This document shows positions 27,001 to 38,219 of a stretch of 64,000 nt of DNA, in pieces. A program made the translations under genes and the position numbers. Source of the stretch: Eledone cirrhosa (Eukaryota); contig OZ024743.1 in the NCBI GenBank assembly GCA_964016885.1, forward strand, positions 352,780,001-352,844,000, given 5' to 3'. Below the pieces are notes generated by a model. The model was not told the origin of the DNA. It did no database searches and worked only from the letters and a program-made list of their open reading frames with translations. Position 1 is the stretch's first letter. Each line of letters opens with the position of its first letter.

Positions 27001-27803
27001 CATACGAACAGCAATGTTGCATGGCAGTGAGACCTGGGCATTGTGTGCAGAGGATATACGCAGACTAGAGACAAACGGAGCTTGCATGCTCCGCTGGATG
27101 TGTAATAGTAATATACGTGAACAGCAAAGCATAAACGAACTAAGGAAAAAATTAGAAATAAGAGGGATCAGATGTTGTTTACTCGAGAGAAGGCTACGTT
27201 GGTATGGTCACGTGATGCGCATGAAGGACGATAGCTGTATAACAAAGTGCAGGGCAATAAAGATAGACGGTAGCCACGGAATAGGCAGACCCAGAAAATC
27301 CTGGGACGAGCTGATAAATTCCGACCTCACACACTTACACCTCTCCAAGACAATGTCACTGGACCGAGACCTTTGGCGGTACTCAGTAATTGAGAAGACC
27401 CGCCTTACCTAAATACAAAGTAAAACCTACTACAGTCAGTAGGCATCTCTAACAAAACACACCCCCGTCCCACCACCGCCACCTCATCCACACCGCCCCT
27501 TTCAATGTAAAGTTATGTTGGTGCCACAACATCCAGGCCGAAACAAATGAGATCGTGTAGGTGTCACGTCAAAAAAACACACAGTTCACGCTGTAATGTG
27601 GACGTGTAGGCAACACGGTAAAAACCTCCCAGCCCCACACTGTAAATGTGGTTGGTGTTAGGAAGGGCATCCAGCTGTAGAAAACCCGCCAGATAGTCCT
27701 ATGCGAGCAAGATAACCAGTCTTGCCTCAAGTGGGAAAACCCTCCGTCCAAACCCATGCAAGCGTGGAACACGGACGTTAAACGATGATGATGATGATGA
27801 TGA
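24080..27803 (+). mobile_element. Near-full-length RTE LINE, family A
   Basis: Endonuclease (TLNV, CIQETRW, AGDLNGHVG, SQVDY, QH), RT (QFGF, FVDLEKAFD, QGS, YADD), PHD-like finger and (GAT)n tail into (AT)n. The 5' end is uncertain and may extend to the (TA)n at ~23640. Confidence 0.95.
24291..27412 (+). pseudogene. RTE-A endonuclease-RT ORF with a frameshift (~24681) and an in-frame TAG (26588)
   Basis: ORFs 24291-24683, 24749-26590 and 26633-27412 are colinear with the intact 1022-aa ORF. Confidence 0.93.
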
Positions 27804-27914
27804 TATATATATATATATATATATATCTGTGTGTGTGTGTGTGTGTCTTATTGTATATGTGTAGTATGTATGTATATATATATGTGTGAGTATGTGTGAG
27901 TGTCAATACATACA

Positions 27915-28900
27915 GAAGATGCCACCCATGTCATAAGCAGCTGTCGAAAGATGTCATCGCAGTACTATCTACCTATGAGGCATGATGTAGTGGCCAAAAC
28001 ACTGTATACTGCAATCCGTAGAAAAGATAGCCCCGATAGTAAACACATTAAAAACTACAGCAATGTGGAAGACATCATCATCATCATCGTTTAGCATGGG
28101 TTAGATGGGAGTTGTTCCAATTTGAGGCAAGATTGGTCGGGTGACTGTGTCTCGCTCGTATAGGACTATCTGGCAGGTTTTCTATGGCTGGATGTCCTTC
28201 CTAACACCAACCACATTTACAGTGTGGACTGAGTGTTTTTTTTTTTATTGTGATACCTACATACATATACATAATCTGAAAGAGTACTGGTGGAATGTTC
28301 CAGTAAAAACCCCAATAAAATGCAAGCATAACAGACCAGATATAAGGATATGGGACAAGGAAAAGCAGGCATGCACAGTAGTAGAAGTTAGCTGCCCAGT
28401 AGTTGCCAATATAATATCAAAGATTAGCGAAAAGGAGAATATTTATGCAGAACTAATGAGAAATCTGCAGATACTCCACCCTGACTATACCTTCAGATTT
28501 ATGTCTGTGATTATTGGGGCATTGGGATATGTTAGTAACTGCCTCAATACAAATATTGAAAAGCTGGGCTTCATAGAAACAGAAAGAACACAACTAGTTA
28601 GGAAATTACAAGTACAATCCATTAATGGCACAGTAAAAATATGTAATGCATTCCAAAAATGTTGCATCTAATAACTGCATATACACATGTACAGATACAA
28701 ATATGCACATGCATACAACTCAAAACATCAACATCCACACATACAACAACATCCATACCTGCACACACATGCAAGCATACAGACATGCATACATATCTAC
28801 CTAGCTGATGTTGTGTACATTCCAATGAAGGAGTCTTGTTAGAAACCGACTCTCTCTCTATTGGCAAAAATTTGTGAAATTATAAAACCAGAAGAACATA
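27915..28900 (+). mobile_element. 5'-truncated R4/Dong-clade non-LTR retrotransposon (restriction-like endonuclease), copy 1
   Basis: HVISSC, YLPMRHDVVAK, NRPDI..WD, VVEVSCP, K...Y and IIGALG are typical of the R4-clade C-terminus; 3'UTR ends accagaagaa(CATA)n. Confidence 0.88.
28073..28260 (-). mobile_element. RTE-A-type 3'-end fragment inserted in R4/Dong copy 1
   Basis: (CAT)n tail and ggatgtccttcctaacaccaacc motif; absent from the equivalent site of copy 2 (~29710). Confidence 0.85.
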
Positions 28901-28911
28901 CATGCATACAT

Positions 28912-30330
28912 ATGCCTGTCCTAACACCAACTTTTGGAATACTCAATTGGACGATAGACGAAATCCGAGCGATTGATGTTAGAACTCGAAAAATACTAAA
29001 CAACACCGGAAACTTCCACATCAACATTGACATAGACCGCCTTTACTTGAAACGTAAGCAGGGAGGCAGAGGCCTAACATCAGTCCAGACAGCATTTGAA
29101 TGTCGCATAATATCCCTCCGACAACATCTACGAACCTCAAAGCGTAGGAGCCCGTCTCTCGAGCAAGTCTAGCTGCATGAAACAGATAAGATCATGAGAG
29201 TTGGGAAGGAACTCCTCAAGAGATATTCTCTGCGTGATAATCAAAAACTCATACCCAGGGAAGTTGCTCAGCAGTATCGCAGTGAATCCATGGATGAAAA
29301 ACTGCATGCTTATCAGCAAAAAATCATGCATGGATATGTTGCCAGGAAGCTCCAGAGTGAGAGTAATATAGATAAAGAAAGTAGTCTATCTTGGACCAAC
29401 AACTGCTATATTGGCTCACACTTTGAAGGATATGCTTTTGCAATCCAAGAACAGGAAATTAACATGAAATACCTGATTCACAAAAGAGATAGGGATGCAG
29501 GCAAAACACCTAGATGTGATAACAAGTGCAGACTCTGCAAAGTTAACATCGAAGATGTCACCCATGTCATAAGCAGCTGTCCAAAGATGTGGCATCGCGG
29601 TACTATCTACCTATGAGGCATGATGTAGTGGCCAAAACACTGTACAATGCAATCCATAGAAAAAGATAGCCCCGATAATAATCACATTAAAAGCTACAGC
29701 AATGTGGAGGACATACATATACATAATATGAAAGAGTACTGGTGGAATGTTCCAGTAAAAACCCCAATAAAATGCAAGCATAACAGACCAGATATTATGA
29801 TATGGGACAGGGAAAAGAAGGCATGCACAGTAGTGGAAGTTAGCTGTCCAGCAGATGCCAATATAATATCAAAGATTAGCGAAAAGGAGAATATTTATGC
29901 AGAACTGATGAGAAATCTGCAGATACTCCACCTTCAGATTTATGCCTGTGATTATTGGGGCATTGGGATATGTTAGTAACTGCCTTAATACAAATCTTGA
30001 GAAGCTAGGCTTCACAGGAATAGAAAGAACACAACTAGTTAAGAATTTACAAGTACAATCCATTAATGGAACAGTGAAAATATGTAAAACATTCCAAAAA
30101 TTCTGCATCTAATAACTGCATATACACTTGTACAGATACAAAGCATATGCACATGCACAAATACAACTCAAAACATGCACAACCATACCTATGCAGGCAT
30201 ACATACATATCTACCTAGTTGATGTTGTATAAATTCCAATGAGAGAGTCTTGTGTCTATGTTAAAAACCGACTCTCTCTCTCTATTGGCAAAACTTTGTG
30301 AAATTATAAAACCAGAAGAACATACATACA
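28912..30330 (+). mobile_element. 5'-truncated R4/Dong-clade element, copy 2 (RT thumb, CCHC finger, endonuclease)
   Basis: PVLTPTFGILNW...KRKQGGRGL; AIQEQEI...CRLC...HVISSC; NRPDIMIWD; same 3'UTR as copy 1, ending catacataca. Confidence 0.9.
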
Positions 30331-32050
30331 GTTGCACACAAGAAATTCTTACAAACACACCCAATAACAAGACATACTGTACATACATGTATTTTACCAC
30401 AATATACCAACAGTAAGGACATGTATTGACCCAATGCATCATCATATAGAAAATTTATTGAAATATATAAGTATAAAATAGCCCAAAAAAACTAACATAA
30501 TGCTATAATATTGAAAATATGAAAGGTGCAGAGCAGAAAACATTCATATACAAATACATATGCCTGGATGGACATATACAAATACATATGCCTGGATGGA
30601 CATATACAACAATGAATGTGCCTGAGTCTTCCATTCTAAAAGGCACAGGAATGTTTTCTATGTTTGTAGTTGCATGTATGTGTGTGTGTGTGTGTGTGTC
30701 CATATATATATATATATGTGTGTGCGTGTGTGTGTGTACACATATATATAAGCACACACACACAATATCTATTCATAATAATACATGCAGATTATATGTG
30801 CAGTTTATATTTGAGAGAGAGGGGGGAGAAAAAAGAGAGGGAGATAGAGAGATTACATATACAATACGCTAAAACTAATAATGGTAAGATGGATGCAACA
30901 CGCTATAATGTAACATATGCACACACACACAATATGTAAATTACACAAGTAAACGAGTGCACCTCTACGAGGTCACCTGTCACCTGACCTGTTAGAAAAA
31001 TCAACCAAATCTTTCCTAAATCACAACCTGCATTCATAAAAAAAGGAAAGGCACAATGGCTATTGTAATCATAGACTTATCCTAAAACAGATGGGTTACT
31101 TACACCAGGAATGCTTTTGATCAATAGTCTGCTTTATCAGTGATAAACTACGACTCTAAACAACATTAAAGAGAGACATCAGCTAAATATCTTTCAATTC
31201 ACGTTATAGTTTATTTCCCTGATTTCTATTTGGAAATCCCCAAATTTGACAGGTAAATACTTTCAGTTTCATAGAGCCCTGGAAATGGTGAAGCACACAC
31301 ACAAACGTTTGTGTGACCGATGTAACAATTTTGTTCATGAAGTTTGCAACTTTCATGGTTGCATTGAAATTTATATACCACGTTGGTCATCTGGAGTATG
31401 TTCTGCAGTTTACCAGTCTATTGTTACATGTTAGTGAGGAGGTTCGAAAAACCTTTCAGAAAAATGATCAAACTGGAGCATAGTCTGGTTTTCAATTCGA
31501 AAAACTGATTACATTTATTGTATTCAGCCACGTAGAGCAAATATTTTCTTTTTTATTTGAATATGGCATAGCCGGCCATTTATCGCTCGTATACAGGAAA
31601 CTGACTGGCCAGTCTGCTAATATGCAAATCTGGCTGATCAGCCAGTCTGCTAGTATGCAAATCAGACCGATCAGTCACTGTGTGTTTTGAAAATAGCATA
31701 TATATTTTCACTAGCTCTGACAGTTTGGCAGGTGAACGGTGAGCTGTACTGATGTAGGGTGATACCCAGAAAAATCAGTGTCTGCAGTTCTGTTCACATG
31801 CCAACACAAGAGCAAGAATGAAGGGTTCATTCTGCTGACATGGCTATAAAATTGATGCTTGTTTGTATAATTGCAAACGAATCGAATGTTATTATTAATA
31901 TTCGAAAAACTCAGATTATATAAATATATATATAATTATTATCATCAGCATCATATGCGAAGTTGAATTATCAATAACAAAATGCTTAAAACGTAAACAA
32001 TTTTTTTCTCTCAATATTCCCTGCTGAGTGGGAGCGGGATCTTATACACC

Positions 32051-32135
<85 letters not shown>

Positions 32136-32137
<2 letters not shown>

Positions 32138-32318
32138 GCGGTGGATTGGCAGAGAGTCGGACACCATGCTTTGAAGCATAGAGTTACGTCCCTTTATGAT
32201 CTGAGTTCAAATCCCGCCGAGGTTAACTTTGCCTTTCATCCTTACGGGGTCGATAAAATAAAGTACCAGTAATGCACTGGGTAATTGCTGGCCTTGTGCC
32301 AAAAGTAGAAACAATTAT
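32136..32318 (+). mobile_element. SINE family 1
   Basis: gggcggtggattggcag...gagttcaaatcc...gtagaaacaattatt, next to (AT)n at 32054-32135. Confidence 0.9.
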
Positions 32319-32361
32319 TTATATATATATATATATAAATTAACGGAGTCATAGATTCGCG

Positions 32362-33025
32362 GGCATACGTCAAGACGGGCGGTTTCAAAAGTGAAAGTAA
32401 ATTTATTTTCATTTTCGAACGTCGTGTTTACATTTTGTGTGTGTGTTTAGATCTAAATTAGTTACTGAGATTAAAGACAGAATCAGAGCCTCTGTCGTTT
32501 TAACTGATTATATATATATGTATATGTGTGTGTGTGTGTGTAGTTAACGGTTGAGAGAAGAGTACTCAATACCGAAGTAATCTTGTCATGAGGCTTGCAG
32601 AATGGTGAGTCCGCCATTATAGACGCTGCTGCCTTGCAGAAGTCCCAAATCGAAGCTCTGACACCCTCGTCCCCATCATTCAGCAGGGATTTTGCCAGGC
32701 AGCCGCATCATCCTGACACTCTCGTCCCCATCATTCAGCAGGGATTTTGCCAGGCAGCCGCATCATCTCCGATGGTTGGGCTTCCTATTCGGAAATTGAA
32801 GGTGGGATTTACGTTCATGATGTTGTGGTGCACGAACGGAACTTTGTAGATCCTGCGGACCTTGGTGTGCACACACAGCTCATAAAGAACCCATGGAGCC
32901 GTGCAAAGAAGAAGCTTCGTCGCCAGCATGTTTCGTTTGAACACACACACAAAATGTAAACACGACGTTCGAAAATGAAAATAAATTTACTTTCACTTTT
33001 GAGACCGCCCGTCTTGACGTATGCC
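32362..33025 (+). mobile_element. Merlin (IS1595-like) non-autonomous transposon with a transposase fragment
   Basis: 86-bp TIRs starting GG (32362-32447 and 32940-33025); 8-bp TSD GATTCGCG; ORF 32747-32959 has PGSRIISDGWASY...HERNFVDP...HTQ.I.N.W...K. Confidence 0.92.
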
Positions 33026-33229
33026 GATTCGCGTTAGTCCCTGTGAATTATGACACACACACACAGACATACATACACACAATATTTATTTGTCTTATAC
33101 GCAGTTTTCCCTTATAATTTGGAGTACTTATTTTAACGAAAAACATTTTAATCCTTTCAAGGTCAACTTTCCTTTCATCCTACCGACATCGATAAAAACA
33201 AAGTACAACTGAAATACATATACAGCATT

Positions 33230-33775
33230 TATAATTCCATGTTATAAAATAAAATTACAAATATTGATAGAAATGTGAAAGAAAAAGAAAAAAAATGAAA
33301 AGAAACAAAAACACAAACAAAAGGGGAAGGTGTAAAGGGCAAATCTGAGTGTATGGCAAGGGAGGAGAAAGGGCTATAAATGCTGAAGGGGGGGGGGGGC
33401 AAGGTCTGTGAGGACACGGAGGAAGGTGATAGGCTCTGGGCCTGTGAGTGGCGGTGTTTTGGCTGCGCTCGGGGACAAAACTACAAAGGCATTTCCGCGG
33501 ACAATGGCCAGCGACACCCGCTGCAACAGCCACCCCACCACGCGGACTTCCTTCCTCAGACGTGTTGCCGACGATCTGATTTTACAGAGGAGCTCGGCAG
33601 TACGGGGTCTGAGGATGTCTCGACGGGGACCGGTGCGAAGAGGGCGCGGCCGGACAAGCCCCGGTATTTGCTATTTGCTTGTCTTCCTGTCCTCTGCATT
33701 GGGAGCCGCAGTACTGGGGTTTTGTGGCCGAAGCGACTAAGTTGGAGGCGGAGTCGATCCCCACATCTCTAACCC
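33230..33775 (-). mobile_element. CRE-clade non-LTR retrotransposon 3' fragment
   Basis: Minus-strand frames give SKYRGL..RALFAPVPVET and WLLQRVSLAIVRGNA, matching the CRE-type endonuclease C-terminus; homologous to 52060-52400. Confidence 0.75.
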
Positions 33776-34695
33776 CCTCCATGCACACACAGATCTGCTT
33801 GGGCTGTAAGAAGGACATGAAGAGTGTCCTCTTCATCCGAAACATCGCAGTGGCAGAATAAGATCGCCCGCCGAGGCTCTGACAATGACACATTCAATGA
33901 TACCTATCTAAAACACAGACGTAAATAGTAATATGTAAACACACGCAAATAGTCACATGCAAACACACACACATAATAGTAACACGAAAACACATAGCCA
34001 TGTGTAGTAGGTACTCACATCATATACAAACAATAACATAAACATAAACATGTAAATATATATACAGAAACATGTAAAGACACAGTAAAACGTAAATACA
34101 CGTAGAGTATCATATAGAACGCATAAACTGTATCGTGTAAACGCACATTGTGTGTGTGTATATATATATATATTAAGAATATTTTCGAAACGCGTGTATA
34201 TATACATACACACACACACAGTATTATGTAAACAAAACGCATATACACAGTATTATTAAACACTTAACAATATCATGCATATGTTAACTAACACAATATT
34301 CATGTAAACAAACGCACAATATTGATGTAAACAAAATATATACAGATAATATTCATGTAAACAGAACATACAATATTATATAAACAAACATACATACAGT
34401 AAATAAATGGATCCTCCGTTACTTTCAATGGCTAGTATTTTAGTTCGATCAACTGAACTGCCTACGCATTGAATAATAATATTAAGTGTCTTAATGAAGT
34501 AAGTACTCAGGCAGAATCATCGTGACGAAGTATGTGACAAAGCTGACTCTTTGAATTACATTTACAGTCCATCTGATGGATTTCTTACATAGTTTCAGCA
34601 CAAGCCAACTCCACACGCTTCGGTTGATTCAAGGCTATGGTAGAAGACGTTTCCCCAAGATGACATGCAATGGGACCGAACCTCGAACCTCCGAA

Positions 34696-34741
<46 letters not shown>

Positions 34742-36310
34742 CAACATATTACGCAACAGGAAGAATTCATACACACCATGTCGAAAACATAATCTATTAT
34801 TCACTCAACACTAATATTCGTAATACAATTGACTGATGAACTAGGGAACAAAATCGAAGATATTAACTATTATAGATACAACATATGTATCTTTATATAA
34901 TTTTCTTTCTTATAAATTTTTTTTTTTTAAACATACACAGAAAAAGAAATCGGCATTGGAAAGGACTATAAACGAGAGGGGAACGGGGGAGCAAGGACTA
35001 CTAGACAAAGCAAGAAAGAAATGGGGATGAGGAGATAGTGACAGACTGTATGTTATTTGTAAGACTAATATATATTTCAAATGACTAATTATTACTGACT
35101 TTTTTTAGAATTCACAAATCCAGAGTATTGTGGGGCAGCTGCTGCATAACTGAACAGGAGATGTGTTTTCAAAATATGGTTATAGTATAGAATAGTAAAT
35201 TGTGCATGGCACACACATACACACACAAATTACACATGAACAAATTTCAGATAGTCTTGAAATTTGAACCAATAAGTAATATCGTAGTTGATATCTTAGA
35301 CAATGGCAGGTCAAAAATGACCACAATATGACACTTTGTCAGTGCTTAACAAACATTATGCAATAATGGCTTCACATTAAATCACGAGAATTGTATAATG
35401 ATGTGAGACAAATAGAATATTTTGGCTTCACAATTTCTAAACAGGGAGTTAAACTCATGAAAACTTTAAATGTTTTGAGGAATACTCAGTTTTCTTGGTT
35501 GCTTTATACCGCATTTAACCACTAAGACAGATACACTGCTATCCATCGACAGAGCTTTAACTCCTAATGAAGTCATAGAGCTGCCATCTTGGGCTTTTAA
35601 TTTTAAACCTAGCAGAGCCCACCACTCTTCAGATCTGAACACAGCTGATTTCTTACAGAAAATAAGGAGATAGAGAGAGAGAAAGTAAGAAAGTAAGAAA
35701 GAGGTATAGAAGAATAGACTGGTATTTGACTGGTACTTCATTAAACTTTTAAAAAAAGTTAATTTAGATGGGATTTGGATTCAGAGCGCAGAGAGCCAGA
35801 ACAAATACCATATTCTATTAAACATTCTAATGACTCTGCCAATTTTCTGCCTATATAGTACAGAAACTCACAAAAGAGGAACAGTGACAGACAAGAGAAA
35901 ATATTCCAGGAATTAAAACAACACATATCACATATATACCATCCCATATGTAAAGCAACTATGCTGATGCCAGTCCTGTTGAATTGAGCACCATATTGAT
36001 ACAATATTATTTCCTACACATCTTCAAAAATCAGACATTATTCGCCCTTTTGTTAAGCTTTTTCTAATGAAAGATAGACACATCCTACTATTTTCAAATA
36101 ATTTTTAAAATAATCAAGAATTTGAAAGGATTTAGTAATAAAACTAACTTTTTTGTTAATTTACAATACAAAGCTGTTTATTTAAGTGTTTATATTTATC
36201 TAAAAACATTCCACCAAAGGATTAATAGTAGTTGATGGTCACTGAAAAAGATGAACAGTTTTTCATGTGTGGAATTTTTTGTGCCCAAATCTCAAAATTA
36301 TAATTTTCAG

Positions 36311-36534
36311 TTAAGCCCTTTTGATATCAAACCACCGAAATGGGTCCTGTTTCTGATACAAAACTGTTTATTTGAAAATGCTTTTAAAAACCCTTCCATC
36401 ATAATCTAAGTTATGTTCCAAACACCATCTTAATAATGAAAAGGTTAGTCATAATACTGAATTGCTACAAATTCTTGATTATTTCCAAAATGATTTGAAA
36501 AGCATAGGCAGTGTATTTTATTAGAAATATGGTA
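36311..36534. mobile_element. TTAA MITE family 2, left part; right TIR displaced to 41511-41523
   Basis: Starts ttaagcccttttgatatcaaaccacc and breaks at ttagaaatatggta. The family end read from 10734 (reverse complement) is ttagaaatatggtaatgaaaaggttaa, and atgaaagggttaa follows the RTE tail. Confidence 0.8.
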
Positions 36535-36645
36535 TATGAGTTTTCCAAGAGATGGCAACATGAATGGACCTGTTATTTTTCTCTAAAAACCTTTTATCCG
36601 ATTCTGCCCCGCCCGTCCCTTCAATCTTTCTAATTTCTCATTCTT

Positions 36646-36681
36646 TCTTCTGATGAAGGACTAGCGTCTGAAACGTTAAGA
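36646..36681 (+). ncRNA. Minimal type I hammerhead ribozyme (Penelope/retrozyme-like)
   Basis: TCTT-CTGATGA-A-GGAC(TAGC)GTCT-GAA-ACGT-T-AAGA: stem I TCTT/AAGA, intact core, stem II, palindromic ACGT stem III; predicted cleavage after GUU (36677). Confidence 0.75.
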
Positions 36682-37012
36682 CCCTTTTCCTGCTATTTCA
36701 AGCATTAAGTTAATCATATTCCTTCCATATACTTTACCGATTGTGTTGTTATTTCTGTTTACCTTTTACATACATATGTAGTAGATAATAGGGAGCAGCG
36801 GCTGTTAGGGCAAGACGTGTTTTCTTGGGCTCTGCTAGAGTCAGCAGCAACACACAACCACGTGTTGCTACACACACACAAGAGGAAAGAGAAAATTTAA
36901 AATTTATGAGACCAATAGAGATATGTACATTTATATATTTATATCTAGATATTGCTATTATCATTTACAGTCCCTCTGTGTTTAATGTATGTTCATTAGT
37001 ATATGTGTTGTT

Positions 37013-37302
37013 ATTTCTGCTTGCATTTTGCATATATCTATATATATGCTTGCGTGGACCCCTCTCAAAAATTCGTTGGATTTTCTAATTGGATACCCTA
37101 ACACTGGATACCAACACTGAATACACCTGAACTTCTACCAGGAAATCTTTCGTTGTCATTTCTGCTTGCATTTTACATATATAGATATATATATCAATGG
37201 TTGCGTGGACCCCTCTTAAAGATTCGTTGGATTTTCTAATTGGATACCCCGAAACTGGATACCAATTACTGAATACACCTGAACTTCTACCAGGAAATCT
37301 TT
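37013..37302 (+). repeat. Tandem dimer of a ~140-145-bp unit
   Basis: atttctgcttgcattt...ttgcgtggacccctct...gaacttctaccaggaaatctttc at 37013-37151 and 37158-37302. Confidence 0.9.
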
Positions 37303-37631
37303 CATATCAGTGAAAATTTTCTTTTCTTTGCTTCGTATATATATATTATATATACTTGTCCGCCATTGCAAAAGGCCATCAATTCAAAATTTTGAAGAGA
37401 GAGGAAAAGAGAGAAGTGATCTATGAACTTGTAACATCTCACTGACCCCCCCCCCCCCCGTCACCACACTAACAATAACGCCTACACTCGCTCCCCACCA
37501 TCACCACATTACTCTAAGGTCGCTGTCCTGTCCCCTGTTGACATACTGCTGACTCTCTTTTGATGTATGTATGTGTATATACATATGTGTATGTGTGTGT
37601 ATATGTATATCTCAGTGGATGCGGCCAGATT

Positions 37632-37930
37632 TCAACACAGCAACAACTACAACAACAACAGCAGCAACACCAACAACAACAACAACAGCAACAACACCAT
37701 CGTCTGTGTTGAATGTGTGTGTATGTATTTGTATATATGCGACAGCAATAACAGCATCAACACCATTGTCTGCAGCAACAGCAGCAGTGAAATGAAGGAC
37801 AACAACAACAGTAACAACTACAATAACAACTGCAGCACCAACAACTGCCACCACCATCACTGACCATCCACCACCACCACGCTGATACCATCCACCACCA
37901 CCACACTGACACCATCCACCACCGCCATTA
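37632..37930 (+). repeat. Degenerate (CAA/CAG)n and (CCA)n low-complexity tract
   Basis: Seen directly. Confidence 0.85.
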
Positions 37931-38219
37931 CCAGCGTAAACAAACAATTATTATTGTTATTGTTATTATATACAAGCCGAACTGGACTGGGAAAGGTCAA
38001 CAGTTGACATGATAGTGATTTTGACGATTTTGATTTTGATTTTGATTTTGTATCAGTACTGTCGGTAATATATGTATATATATATATGTTTGTGAGTGGT
38101 GTGCGTGATTGTATGCATGAATGAGTGTTGGTATGTGTGGTTGTGGTTTGTATGCATGAGTATTAGTGTGTGAGTCGTGTCAATAAGTTTCCTTTTTTTT
38201 TTTTTTTTTTTTTTTTTTA

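Noticed and set aside
37567-37947. Asn/Thr/Val-rich ORFs
   Set aside because: Products of (CAA)n/(CCA)n low-complexity sequence.
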